Source of the DNA: a virus | Taxonomy: Duplodnaviria > Caudoviricetes | Length of the DNA: 42,433 nt | IMG/VR virus record: IMGVR_UViG_3300017647_000148 | Location: 1 to 42,433 of that record | Reading direction: 5' to 3' (one strand) | Shown here: positions 1 to 8,384 of the stretch, piece after piece | Layout: each line of letters begins with the position of its first letter | Numbering within the stretch: position 1 is the first letter of the stretch | The notes under the pieces: model-generated | What the model was told of the DNA's origin: nothing | What the model saw: the letters and a program-made list of their open reading frames with translations, nothing else | The model's database searches: none | Made by a program: the position numbers and the translations under genes

Positions 1-155
1 AGGGTCCGCCGGGCTGGACGATCTGCCGGGTCTGGGTCAACGGCGGCTACCAGCATGAGTTGTGGCTCAGCCGCGGCGACACCTGCCGGCTGGTCGGTTC
101 TCGGTCGTCATTGGCGGCCGACGTCGAGCAATTCGAACAGCAGCCGAAGGGCTAG
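1..155 (+). CDS. 3' part of small phage hypothetical protein (copy of 41790-41987)
   Basis: Reads ...GPPGWTICRVWVNGGYQHELW...QQPKG-stop; 4 mismatches in 155 nt versus 41833-41987. Confidence 0.7.
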   Translation, partial: GPPGWTICRVWVNGGYQHELWLSRGDTCRLVGSRSSLAADVEQFEQQPKG

Positions 156-157
156 CG

Positions 158-850
158 CTACTTGGGCTCGGGCGTGGCCACCAGCGCGTCGGCCGGGTAG
201 GGCTGCAGGAAATCCCGGGTGTCTTCCGGGCCGGCCTCCAGCCAGTCCTTGTAGGATTCGTCCGACAAAATGACCACCATGCGCTTTTCCTTGCCGGGCT
301 GGTGGTATTCCTTGAACAGCGGGTGCGCGTCGGCGTTGATGGTCAGCATGGTGTAGGACAGCTGCCAGTTGCCGGCGGCGTCCTTGTAGCGATCCCACAG
401 GCCGGCGATACCCATGGGCGCGCCGTCGGCTCGCGTGAAGCGGGTGGGGATCGCGTATTCGGTCTCGAACTGCGCTTTCATCTCCGGCCGGTGGTCGGGT
501 TCATAGATGGCTTCGGCCGGGATGATGCAATGGTTGCCCTTGTGCCAGGCGTTCCGGAATGTCCAAAGCTTGTCTGCGGTCTCGGCTCGCGCGTTGTAGG
601 TTCTTTTCTTTTCTGCTTCGGCCAATTTCGCTGCATGGGTGCCAGGCGGAATCATCCCCCAGCGCCCGATCTCGACCACACGTTCCGGCACGGCCTCATC
701 GCCCGAATCCCACTCGGGCGGCCGCCGCACGAATTCGCCCAGCCGGCGGGGCCACATGTCCCATTCGGCCGGGGGTACGGGCAGGCCGCGCGACCGGAAA
801 TATTTCTCCAGCTGCTCGCGCTTTTTCAGGGCTACGTAGTGGCTGCACAT
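158..850 (-). CDS. SOS response-associated peptidase (SRAP/YedK/HMCES family)
   Basis: True start MCSHY gives the catalytic Cys2; WGMIP, YNARAET, CIIPA-YEP, GIAGLW, TMLTINA and KRMVVIL motifs. Confidence 0.9.
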   Translation of the reverse strand: MCSHYVALKKREQLEKYFRSRGLPVPPAEWDMWPRRLGEFVRRPPEWDSGDEAVPERVVEIGRWGMIPPGTHAAKLAEAEKKRTYNARAETADKLWTFRNAWHKGNHCIIPAEAIYEPDHRPEMKAQFETEYAIPTRFTRADGAPMGIAGLWDRYKDAAGNWQLSYTMLTINADAHPLFKEYHQPGKEKRMVVILSDESYKDWLEAGPEDTRDFLQPYPADALVATPEPK

Positions 851-999
851 GGGTCGATTCGCTGTGACCAAAACGTGTCCACAATACCCGAAAAATGGGC
901 GAAAATAATGGGAAAGCCGCCGCTGTTGAAGGGTTGGCTACACCTGCAAGTCATTGATGTAGCGGGGCTTTCCGACTTCATCTATTTATGGCCGCCCGT

Positions 1000-1044
1000 C
1001 TGTTAATCCGCAGGTCGCAGGTTCGAGCCCTGCTCGGGGAGCCA
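1000..1044 (+). pseudogene. 3' half of tRNA-Asn(GTT), the att core
   Basis: CTGTTAA anticodon loop, GCAGG-TTCGAGC-CCTGC T-arm, TCGGGGA-G-CCA end; no D-arm or 5' acceptor strand upstream. Confidence 0.85.
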
Positions 1045-1059
1045 AAATTGCTAAAGAAA

Positions 1060-2142
1060 TCAAGTGCTTGAAACCGCCTCCAGGGGCGGTTTTTCTTTTT
1101 GCGCGTCCGGCTGTGACCAAAACGTGACCGCGTTGGCATGGGTCGCCAGGTGGTCCGGCGCCAGGTGCGCGTACTTCAGCACCATCTCCAGTTTCTTCCA
1201 GCCGCCCAGCTCCTTGAGCACTAGCAGCGGCGTGCCGCTTTGCACGTGCCAAGAGGCCCAGGTGTGCCGGAAGTCATGAAAGTGGAAATCCTGGATCCCG
1301 ACCACGGCGCATGCCCTGGCGAGCACACGCCGGTCAACCTCCTGTATAGGGATGGCCTCGCGGTCAGGCACCGATGACCGAGTAAAAACCAGGGTCGGGT
1401 GTAGTCCGCGGCGCTGCCGCAGCACCTCCATCGCATCGGCATTGAGCGGCACGGCACGGGCCTTTTTTGATTTCGCGCCTGGCGCCGTGACGTAGGCGTG
1501 CCGCTTGGCCATATCGACCTGTGCCCATGTCAGCGATGTGATTTCACCCTGCCGCATGCCTGTGGCGACGGCAAAGAGGCTGAGCTCCTGCATCCAGCGC
1601 ACCGTCATGGCTTTGATCAGGCGCACGATCACCGGACGCGGCTCCCACCGAACCCGCGTTTCCGGCTCTTCGTGGGTGGTCAGCTTTGGGGCCTTCCTGA
1701 TCCATCCCCATTCGCCACACAATGACAGGATGCGGCCCATGGTGGCCACGTAGCGGTTGATCGTCGCGGGCGCGAGCGGGACCGCCGGCCGGCCGGAACG
1801 AAGTTTATGTGTGGGCGCCGCATCCATCACGTCGCCAGCGGTTAAAGAACGAACCGTCCGATTGCGGAACTGCTCGCGCCAATAGGCCACATGCCGCACC
1901 TTGTTGCGGTAGTCGCGTGCATTGGCGTACAGCTTCAGAAAGCGCAGAGCGGCCTCGTCGAAGGTCCGGTCCGGCTCTTCTCCCAATCTGTCCTGCCGCC
2001 ACAACTCGGCCTTCAGCCGGTCGTGGTACTCCTGCGCGGCTTGGCGGTCTTTCGTTCCAGTAGAGCGTCTAATTCTTTCGCCGCCTGGCGCGCGGAGGTC
2101 AAGCCGGTAAATGCCGGAGATTGGGTCTTTGCGGATTGGCAT
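1060..2142 (-). CDS. int: Tyrosine integrase
   Basis: TGMRQGEI, HDFRHTWASW, LGGW and YAHL catalytic motifs; adjacent to att. Confidence 0.95.
   Translation of the reverse strand: MPIRKDPISGIYRLDLRAPGGERIRRSTGTKDRQAAQEYHDRLKAELWRQDRLGEEPDRTFDEAALRFLKLYANARDYRNKVRHVAYWREQFRNRTVRSLTAGDVMDAAPTHKLRSGRPAVPLAPATINRYVATMGRILSLCGEWGWIRKAPKLTTHEEPETRVRWEPRPVIVRLIKAMTVRWMQELSLFAVATGMRQGEITSLTWAQVDMAKRHAYVTAPGAKSKKARAVPLNADAMEVLRQRRGLHPTLVFTRSSVPDREAIPIQEVDRRVLARACAVVGIQDFHFHDFRHTWASWHVQSGTPLLVLKELGGWKKLEMVLKYAHLAPDHLATHANAVTFWSQPDAQKEKPPLEAVSST
1071..1100 (+). terminator. Rho-independent terminator after the tRNA 3' half
   Basis: AACCGCCTC-CA-GGGGCGGTT hairpin followed by a T-tract; overlaps the integrase 3' end. 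Confidence 0.7.
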
Positions 2143-2348
2143 TCTCTGTCCTCGCCGACCCGCAGGTGTAGCCGGGTCACATTTGAGCGTTTTTCGGTCA
2201 GCTCAGCAAGTCGGGATGGCCATACCCGCCAGACGCGGGAGCCGGGCAGCCGGAAGCCGATCTGTTTGCGCTTGGCGAATACCGTGCTGTAGGCGAGGTG
2301 CAGCCGGTCGGCCGCCTCTTGAAGGGTGAGGGCGCGCTCGTCGATCAT
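2013..2348 (-). CDS. Excisionase-like HTH DNA-binding protein
   Basis: MIDERALTLQEAADRLHLAYSTV HTH; directly upstream of and overlapping int. Confidence 0.7.
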   Translation of the reverse strand: MIDERALTLQEAADRLHLAYSTVFAKRKQIGFRLPGSRVWRVWPSRLAELTEKRSNVTRLHLRVGEDRECQSAKTQSPAFTGLTSARQAAKELDALLERKTAKPRRSTTTG

Positions 2349-4129
2349 GCGACCCTCCTGAGTATCTGATCTTGGGGCGCGTTGGCCGCGATCAATGCAA
2401 TCGCCGGCGGAGGGCTGACGCTGTTGCCTACCATGTGCACCTGCTGGGATTTGGTGAAAACCCGGCCGTCGTGGCCGTGGCCGATGATGTAGTCCTTGGG
2501 GAAGCCCTGCAGGTCGTACAGCTCGGCCGGCGTGAGCATGCGCAGGCGGATGTCGACGACCACGTAGGGGTTGCCCTGGATGTAGACGGTGACCAGCGCC
2601 AAGCGGTCCTTGGTGGTCAAAGTGCTGGCCGGGTCGCGCAGGTCGCCCCACTGGCCGCCCTCGCCGTAGTAGCGCATCAGGAATGCTGCGACCTGAAGGG
2701 CACCGGCCTCATCGTCGGGCGACAGGTCGTACTCCAGTAGGCCATATCGGGCAGCGCCGGCCAGGATCGTCTGCGCGGGTTCGCGCAGGTCAGAGCCGAC
2801 TACGTTCTGGCTCATGGCGGTTAGGTGCGCCGTGATGAGCTGCTGCTGGCTGCCGCTGTTCGTGATGGTGGACGCCGCCCGGCGCAGATCGTGAGCCGGC
2901 GTGGCGTTGTAGCCCCCGTTGGCTTGCACCATGAATCCCATGGCCAGGGCATGCTTGATGCCGCCGGCGGTGACGGTCCCCAGCGGCTGCTGGTGATCGA
3001 GGCAGCGCGGGGCTTGGCCGTCTCGCTCGCCATAGCCGGCCTGGACCAGGACCGGCGCGATGACGGCGCTATCCCCCTTTCGGGTGATGGTGTAGTGCGG
3101 CTCACGGGCTGGCCTGGGCTCGCTCTGGCCAGCGCGGCCACCCACGCCCGCCAGCACCGGGGCGACCACGGCATGTGATCCGCCGCGCGGTTTCGCCGTG
3201 ACCGTGCTGATGGGTTGCCGCGTCGAATGCGAGGCGTCGCGGCTCCAGTTGGCGATGGGCACAATGAACGGATCCGCGGAATCCAGCAGATACCGTTTCA
3301 TGCCGCGGGCGATGCGCCGCATGGTGGCGTCGGCCAGCGGGCGAGGGCGGTTGAAAATGCTGCGCCCCTCGATGGTCCAGTCGATCCCGTCAGCAGCTGC
3401 GCGCCAGCGCTGCTGGCCCTTGGCCGGGTTCTTGAAGTGGGTGGCCTCGGGCCAGACGATGGGCTGGCCGTCTCGGCGGGCCATCATGAATAGGCGCGTG
3501 CGCGTGGTGCCGGCGCCGTAGTCGGCGGCATTCAGCTCCCGCCATTCGACGATGTACCCCATGCCGCGCAGGATGGTCACCAAGCGCCGCCAGTGTTTGC
3601 CCTGCTGCTTCGGGTCGGGCACCAGGTATTGGTCCTGCACACGCACGCGCTCGCCAGGCTCGGCCACGCTCCCGTCCAGCTTGACCACGCGGCCGGTGGC
3701 CCGGTCGCGCTTGGCGATCAGGCGGCCCCATTTCAGGATCTGGACGACGTTCTCCAGGCTGATGATGTCTGGCTTGACCGTGCCGGCCCAGCGGACAGTC
3801 ACCCAGGCCAGGGCCCGGATGTTCTTGCGCCGCGGCTGGCCGCCCTTGGCCTGGCTGTGGTCGGTGCAGTCGGGCGACAGGTGCAGCCAGCCTACGGGGC
3901 GACCGTCCGCGATTCGATACGGACAAACCTCCCACACGTCGGAGATGTGATGCCTCGTCTGCGGGTGATTCACGGCGTGCATGCTCAAGGCATTGGCGTC
4001 GTGATTAATGGAGTCGTGGACGTGTTGGCCGGTGGCTATCTCGTAGGCAGTCGACCAACCTCCGCCGCCGGCGAAGATGTCCACGACCAGCTTGGCGGGC
4101 AGGCCCAGGACGAGTTGCGGGGTCAGCAT
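2345..4129 (-). CDS. C5 DNA cytosine methyltransferase (orphan)
   Basis: DIFAGGGG, SPDC, ENV, RTRLF and GNSV motifs; likely start MLTPQL at 4129. Confidence 0.92.
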   Translation of the reverse strand: MLTPQLVLGLPAKLVVDIFAGGGGWSTAYEIATGQHVHDSINHDANALSMHAVNHPQTRHHISDVWEVCPYRIADGRPVGWLHLSPDCTDHSQAKGGQPRRKNIRALAWVTVRWAGTVKPDIISLENVVQILKWGRLIAKRDRATGRVVKLDGSVAEPGERVRVQDQYLVPDPKQQGKHWRRLVTILRGMGYIVEWRELNAADYGAGTTRTRLFMMARRDGQPIVWPEATHFKNPAKGQQRWRAAADGIDWTIEGRSIFNRPRPLADATMRRIARGMKRYLLDSADPFIVPIANWSRDASHSTRQPISTVTAKPRGGSHAVVAPVLAGVGGRAGQSEPRPAREPHYTITRKGDSAVIAPVLVQAGYGERDGQAPRCLDHQQPLGTVTAGGIKHALAMGFMVQANGGYNATPAHDLRRAASTITNSGSQQQLITAHLTAMSQNVVGSDLREPAQTILAGAARYGLLEYDLSPDDEAGALQVAAFLMRYYGEGGQWGDLRDPASTLTTKDRLALVTVYIQGNPYVVVDIRLRMLTPAELYDLQGFPKDYIIGHGHDGRVFTKSQQVHMVGNSVSPPPAIALIAANAPQDQILRRVA

Positions 4130-4293
4130 TACACCTCTCCGCCGCTCGGTTGCCTCGCAGCCAGCGCGGCCGTGACTTCCGTCTTCAGCTCCGTCAGCAG
4201 ACGGCCGGCGCGCACCGGGTCGCGAGGACTCGACTCCAGCGCCTCGGCGATCTTGGCGAACAGGGTATTGATCTTCTCTTGGGCATACGTCAT
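4129..4293 (-). CDS. Small hypothetical protein
   Basis: MTYAQEK start overlaps the upstream stop; fills the gap in a tightly packed operon. Confidence 0.55.
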   Translation of the reverse strand: MTYAQEKINTLFAKIAEALESSPRDPVRAGRLLTELKTEVTAALAARQPSGGEV

Positions 4294-4730
4294 GGCTGCT
4301 CTCCAATGCGGCGAGCGGCGACCATCGCCACCGCCAGTTGTTCGGATAGGAAAAGCCGCGACATGTCGATGCGCGGCAGGATGTCGTCGATGGCGCTGAC
4401 GGCCAGGGCCAGCGACGCGGTTTCGTGATCGCGCAGCGCCAGCCCGGCTTCGCACTTCGAGCCGATCTGGATCATGGTCCTCGCGCCGCCCGCGATCAGT
4501 GCGGCCTCACGGCTTACCTTGGCGTCGTCACTGATCGCGAGGCTGACCATGTTGAAGATGCCGGCGAGCGCGTCGAAAGCTTCGGCATTGGGTGCCAGCC
4601 GCAATGCGGCCAGGGCGCCGTGCATGTGCGTAGCGATCAGATCGCGCAGGCCTGCGGTGATGGGTATCCTCACCAAGCGCTTGCGGTAGGCCTTGCGGCG
4701 GGGTGGGCGGGCGCGGGACATGGCTGTCAC
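4290..4730 (-). CDS. Phage hypothetical protein
   Basis: 146 aa; 4-nt overlaps with both neighbours. Confidence 0.65.
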   Translation of the reverse strand: MTAMSRARPPRRKAYRKRLVRIPITAGLRDLIATHMHGALAALRLAPNAEAFDALAGIFNMVSLAISDDAKVSREAALIAGGARTMIQIGSKCEAGLALRDHETASLALAVSAIDDILPRIDMSRLFLSEQLAVAMVAARRIGEQP

Positions 4731-4981
4731 TCGGTCGCAGCGCCCGATACGATTCGGATCAGGTCCGGCTTGCTGGCGTGGCGCTGCAGCTTGCCGCGCA
4801 GCTCCAGGTAGCGGATCGCGCGCTCGACAATCTCGCGGTCGGTAGTCCAGGACCTGGGGCGGGTGGTGTCCAACCAGTGCTGGCCACCGCTCATCGTGGG
4901 CGTGCAGTAGGCGCCCAAGTCCATGGCGGCCGCCTCGTCGGCGATGTCCGCCATCAGGGCGTGAAGTTCATCATCGGGCAT
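4727..4981 (-). CDS. Hypothetical protein
   Basis: 84 aa; GGAGG Shine-Dalgarno inside the RT 3' end. Confidence 0.65.
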   Translation of the reverse strand: MPDDELHALMADIADEAAAMDLGAYCTPTMSGGQHWLDTTRPRSWTTDREIVERAIRYLELRGKLQRHASKPDLIRIVSGAATE

Positions 4982-6068
4982 GGTGGCCTCCTACGATCTT
5001 GGTAAAGGTTCCGGTCACGGTGCAGCCGCGATAGCGCAGCGCCTTGGCCAGACGTGCGCGGTCCTTGTGGCTGTGCGACGCCTGGCTGAGCAGCCCGAAA
5101 TAGCTGTTGGCGCGTGAGGCGATATCGGCGGTGGGCATCGCCTCGATGCGGTCGAGGGCAGCGCCGGCTGTGCGGCGACGGGGGATGCGGCGCCAGGGCT
5201 TGATGACCTGGCCTACGAAGTCGATTCCACGGGCGACCGGCTGGATAATCGTCTTGTGTGGGTTGAGCCGCGCGCCGAGGCGCTCCGGCAGGAACGTGTT
5301 GATGTCGCGCAGGGCCGCGCTGAGCCACGCGGGCGACTCGTGCAGCAGCACGAAGTCATCCACGTAGCGGCAGTAGAATCGCGCCCTGATCTGATGCTTG
5401 GCGTGTTGGTCCAGGGCGTCGAGGTGGACGTTGGCAAAGAATTGGCTGCTGAGGTTGCCGATGGGCAGCCCGGTGTCCGATGGGGCGTTGAATAGGCTCT
5501 TGTGGCGCGGCACCAGACCCAGCAGTTTCGGGCTCGTCCTTACATCCACGTCCTCGCGCGGATCGTGGAAGAGGATTGTGGCGGTCAGCGCCAGCCACCA
5601 GGGTTCGGTAACCCGGTGCGCCAGCTGGTCGAAAAGGATGCGCTTGTCTATCGCCACGAAGAAGTTGGCGAGGTCGCATTTCAGGTACCAGGCAGGACGC
5701 GTCCAGCCGTGCGTGACGCGGCGGGCGTGGCGTTCCACGCGCTGGGCGGCGTACAGCGTGCCGCGCCCCGGGATGCAGGCGCAGCTGTCCGCCACGAAGG
5801 CGCGGTGGAACCGCTCGGCGATTTGGTTGTACAGAAGGTGATGAACCACGCGGTCGCGAAAGTCCGCCGCCCACACCTCGCGAGGCTTGGGGTGGGTGAC
5901 CACGAAGCAAATCGAGCGCCCAGGGCGATACGCGCCACTGATGAGCTCGTCGTAGAGGCTGCAAAGGTTGTGCTCCATGTGGCGCTCGAACGCGATGGCG
6001 CTCGCGCTGTTACGCTTGGAGCGCCGGCAATCGAGGTAGGCTGTGACCAGGTCCTCGAAGGCCGGCAT
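4971..6068 (-). CDS. DGR reverse transcriptase
   Basis: KPREV-AADFRDRVVHH, YLKCDLANFF, GLPIGNLSSQFFAN (DGR-type GxxxSQ), RYVDDF and GIDFVG; flanked by TR and avd; start may lie upstream at 6353. Confidence 0.95.
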   Translation of the reverse strand: MPAFEDLVTAYLDCRRSKRNSASAIAFERHMEHNLCSLYDELISGAYRPGRSICFVVTHPKPREVWAADFRDRVVHHLLYNQIAERFHRAFVADSCACIPGRGTLYAAQRVERHARRVTHGWTRPAWYLKCDLANFFVAIDKRILFDQLAHRVTEPWWLALTATILFHDPREDVDVRTSPKLLGLVPRHKSLFNAPSDTGLPIGNLSSQFFANVHLDALDQHAKHQIRARFYCRYVDDFVLLHESPAWLSAALRDINTFLPERLGARLNPHKTIIQPVARGIDFVGQVIKPWRRIPRRRTAGAALDRIEAMPTADIASRANSYFGLLSQASHSHKDRARLAKALRYRGCTVTGTFTKIVGGHHAR

Positions 6069-6073
6069 CGTTG

Positions 6074-6177
6074 AATCTGCGGACAGCACGGGCCCGGTAC
6101 TCGTTGTCCTTGTCGTTGATGTTCTGGTTGCCATCGTCGAAGTTCTGGATCCAGGCGTTGTTGGCGGAGTACTGCGT
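6074..6177 (-). repeat. DGR template repeat (TR), 104 bp
   Basis: Ungapped match to 6755-6858 and 10940-11043, with mismatches only at TR adenines; 7 AAC codons in the VR frame (TQYSANNAWIQNFDDGNQNINDKDNEYRARAVRR). Confidence 0.97.
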
Positions 6178-6349
6178 CGCATCGCGCTATTCACGCCGGC
6201 CGGGCGAAGGCGAGAGCCGATCACCTGGGCGGCTGCACGGGACCGATGCCAGCCGCGGCTGGTGGTATCCCTGGCGTGCTTGACGGTGGCCTTGTGGGCC
6301 AGCGGCGCGACCAGATTCAAGAGGCGTACGGGCATGATCGCCATGACGG
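6178..6349 (-). ncRNA. Putative structured 5' part of the DGR RNA (avd-TR spacer)
   Basis: Several stems on the sense strand: TGGCC-CACAA-GGCCA, palindrome CCAGCCGCGGCTGG enclosed by GGGA..TCCC, AGCCG..CGGCT. Confidence 0.5.
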
Positions 6350-6709
6350 TCATGCGGCAGACGCGGTTCGTGCGGAGTGGCGGCGCCAGCCACCGACCTG
6401 CTGGCCGACTCGGTCGCACAAGCGAGCCACGCGCGCGTACTGCTTGGGCGCGATGTACTTCTTGTTGAGGGCGAGCCGGAGCAGGAACGCCATGACATCC
6501 TTGCGCTCCAGCAGCTCGTCCAGGTACGGGACCTTGTCGCGGGCAGCGTTGGCCCGGCCGATCAGGACCAGAATCTCGATGCACTCGTCGTTGATGCGAC
6601 CGCCGAAGGAGCGGGCGAAGTGACGAGGCATGTTGAGCGTCAGGTCCGATACGGTGTCGAGCAGGTCGCAAGCCAGCTTGTAGACGGGCAGGTCGGTGTG
6701 GAGTGCCAT
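6350..6709 (-). CDS. avd: DGR accessory variability determinant (four-helix bundle)
   Basis: 119 aa, basic and helical; LPVYK, MPR, LLRLA and VGQQVGGW motifs; lies between target and TR. Confidence 0.88.
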   Translation of the reverse strand: MALHTDLPVYKLACDLLDTVSDLTLNMPRHFARSFGGRINDECIEILVLIGRANAARDKVPYLDELLERKDVMAFLLRLALNKKYIAPKQYARVARLCDRVGQQVGGWRRHSARTASAA

Positions 6710-6716
6710 GGCGTCA

Positions 6717-6754
6717 AGGCGCTGCGCGCCGAATGGTCAAAGGGTCAAATGATC
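6717..6754 (-). other. IMH region and downstream DNA hairpin of VR1
   Basis: After the shared CGCAGATT the VR diverges from TR: GATCA-TTTGACCC-TTTGACCA-TTC, then GGCGC-GCA-GCGCC hairpin. Confidence 0.55.
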
Positions 6755-7350
6755 AATCTGCGGACAGCACGGGCCCGGTACTCGCCGTCCTTGGCGCCGA
6801 TGCCCTGGTAGCCATCGCCGAAGCTCTGGACCCAGGCGTTGTTGGCGGAGCACTGCGTGCTGCTCCAGTACCAGCCGGGCTCGAAGAGCTCGGGGACGTT
6901 GGTCCACATCAGGCGCAGTTCGCGGCGCGAGGGCAGATAGAAGTCGTTGTGGCCGTCGATGTCGAGGCCATAGGCCCATTCGGCGGCGGGGTGATCGCGG
7001 CCATCGCTGTAAAGGGCAAAGGTATTGGCTCGACCGTCCCATTCGCACTTCGCGCCCTCGATATCCCGGCCGCGAGGGCCCCAGGTGATGCCGTCGGTGT
7101 ACGCAGCCGGGTCGGCGGGGACGATCAGGTGATAGTCGGGCTTGCCGTCGTGGCCGCGCATGATGCCGGCGTACACACCGCCCTGGCCGGGCCAGGGCTG
7201 GCCGATCCGGGGTGCCGTGGTGACGCGTACCTTGACGGCCGACTGCCCCGGGTCTTGGGCAACCTGGCCGAGAAGCTGGGACAACAGACGCGTGGCCGTG
7301 GTCTCGGGAATCTCGACCTCGGTCGAGTGGCGAACTTGAATCATGGACAT
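6745..7350 (-). CDS. DGR target 1, DUF1566/Lcl C-type-lectin-like protein
   Basis: DFYLPSRRELRL, YWSSTQ, AW and RARAVRR motifs; C-terminal VR. Confidence 0.9.
   Translation of the reverse strand: MSMIQVRHSTEVEIPETTATRLLSQLLGQVAQDPGQSAVKVRVTTAPRIGQPWPGQGGVYAGIMRGHDGKPDYHLIVPADPAAYTDGITWGPRGRDIEGAKCEWDGRANTFALYSDGRDHPAAEWAYGLDIDGHNDFYLPSRRELRLMWTNVPELFEPGWYWSSTQCSANNAWVQSFGDGYQGIGAKDGEYRARAVRRLII
6755..6858 (-). repeat. Variable region VR1
   Basis: 12 mismatches to TR, all at TR A (10 A>G, 1 A>C, 1 A>T). Confidence 0.97.
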
Positions 7351-7399
7351 GAGGGCTCCTAGTGGCGGCGCACCGCCAGGCGTAAAAGAGGGGGAGAGG

Positions 7400-8257
7400 T
7401 CAGCGGACGTTGACGAATGGCAGGGCGGCGCCAGGGATCATCGTGGCCGGCAGCTTGCCGTCCCAGCGTTCCACGGCGTTCAGGTTGACCAGGTTGGTGT
7501 TGGCAGCCAGCGCCTCGGCGCGGGCGCGGATGGCTTCGGCCTCGGCGGCTCCCCGCAACTTGATGCCGTCAGCCTCGGCCGTGAACCGCTCGCGTTGCGC
7601 ATCGGCCTCGGCCTTCGCCTTCACGACCTGGATTTCGGCGTTGATCGTGGCGGTCTCTTTCTGCTGGCGGGTGGTCTCGATCTGCACCTGGGCCAGCATC
7701 CGCTGCTCGATGGACTGCTCGTAGGCCTGGGAGAACCCCACCTCTTCGATCTGCACGCCCACGATGGTCACGGGCGCGTCGCCCATGGCGTTGCGGACCG
7801 ACGCATTCACATCGATGCCCAGCTTTTCCCGCTCCTGGATGGCGCGCACGGCGGTAAATTTGCCGAAGACGTTCTTGACGGCATCGAAGGTGCGCCGTTC
7901 CAGGATGCGCGCCTGCAGGTTCGCGAGGCTCCCGTACTCGGAGTACAGCTCGGCGACCCGCTCGGCAGGGATGCGGTAGGTGACCGATACGCGCAGCGTT
8001 GCGGGCTGCTGGTCGAAGCTGTAGGCTTCCAACTGGTCGAAGGCGAAAGTATGATCGCGCACCGAGATCTCCTGGACGCTCTCGATGAAGGGCGTCTTGA
8101 AGCCGAGGCCTGGGTCGGCCACGCGTACGATCTTGCCGTTGCGTAGCACGACACCCCGCTCGCCCTGGTCGATCTGGTAAAAGGACCCGAAGGCGCAGAA
8201 GATCAGCAACAGGAAGGTGACGACGGCGGTGGTGAGATAGAAGACGGCCTTGTTCAT
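7400..8257 (-). CDS. SPFH/prohibitin/Band 7 membrane protein
   Basis: N-terminal TM segment, GERGVVLRNG, PGLGFKTPF, coiled-coil AEADA repeats, WDGKLP. Confidence 0.9.
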   Translation of the reverse strand: MNKAVFYLTTAVVTFLLLIFCAFGSFYQIDQGERGVVLRNGKIVRVADPGLGFKTPFIESVQEISVRDHTFAFDQLEAYSFDQQPATLRVSVTYRIPAERVAELYSEYGSLANLQARILERRTFDAVKNVFGKFTAVRAIQEREKLGIDVNASVRNAMGDAPVTIVGVQIEEVGFSQAYEQSIEQRMLAQVQIETTRQQKETATINAEIQVVKAKAEADAQRERFTAEADGIKLRGAAEAEAIRARAEALAANTNLVNLNAVERWDGKLPATMIPGAALPFVNVR

Positions 8258-8367
8258 TTCTTGGTTCTCCGTGGTTGACGCGATTGCTGGGCAATGAAGG
8301 CTCGAATGCCCAGGGTGATGAGGTAGGCGACGACAGCGGCGCCTATGAGGATCAGGGTCATGCGCAT
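8254..8367 (-). CDS. Small single-TM protein
   Basis: MRMTLILIGAAVVAYLITLGIRAF; GGAG SD; stop overlaps the SPFH start. Confidence 0.5.
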   Translation of the reverse strand: MRMTLILIGAAVVAYLITLGIRAFIAQQSRQPRRTKK

Positions 8368-8384
8368 GACGGTCTCCGAGGTGG

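Larger units (their letters stand above)
861..1126. mobile_element. attP-like recombination site (core, arm-type repeats, IHF-like sites)
   Basis: 17-bp direct repeat GCTGTGACCAAAACGTG at 861-877 and 1110-1126; IHF-like sites at 947-959 (minus, 1 mismatch) and 1058-1070 (AATCAAGTGCTTG matches WATCAANNNNTTR); these flank a tRNA 3' half beside the integrase stop. Confidence 0.75.

Noticed and set aside
1-450. Terminal repeat as simple circular-contig overlap or phage DTR
   Set aside because: Copies are not identical (substitutions and an indel), and the packaging genes suggest cos ends.
1000-1044. Functional tRNA-Asn gene
   Set aside because: The 5' half is missing.
4971-6068. RT as group II intron, retron or Abi RT
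   Set aside because: GNLSSQ motif, adjacent avd and A-specific TR/VR pairs identify a DGR; no maturase/endonuclease extension or retron VTG motif seen.
4971-6671. 566-aa RT ORF as listed
   Set aside because: The part above 6353 overlaps avd out of frame and is low-complexity; plausible starts are 6068 or 6353.
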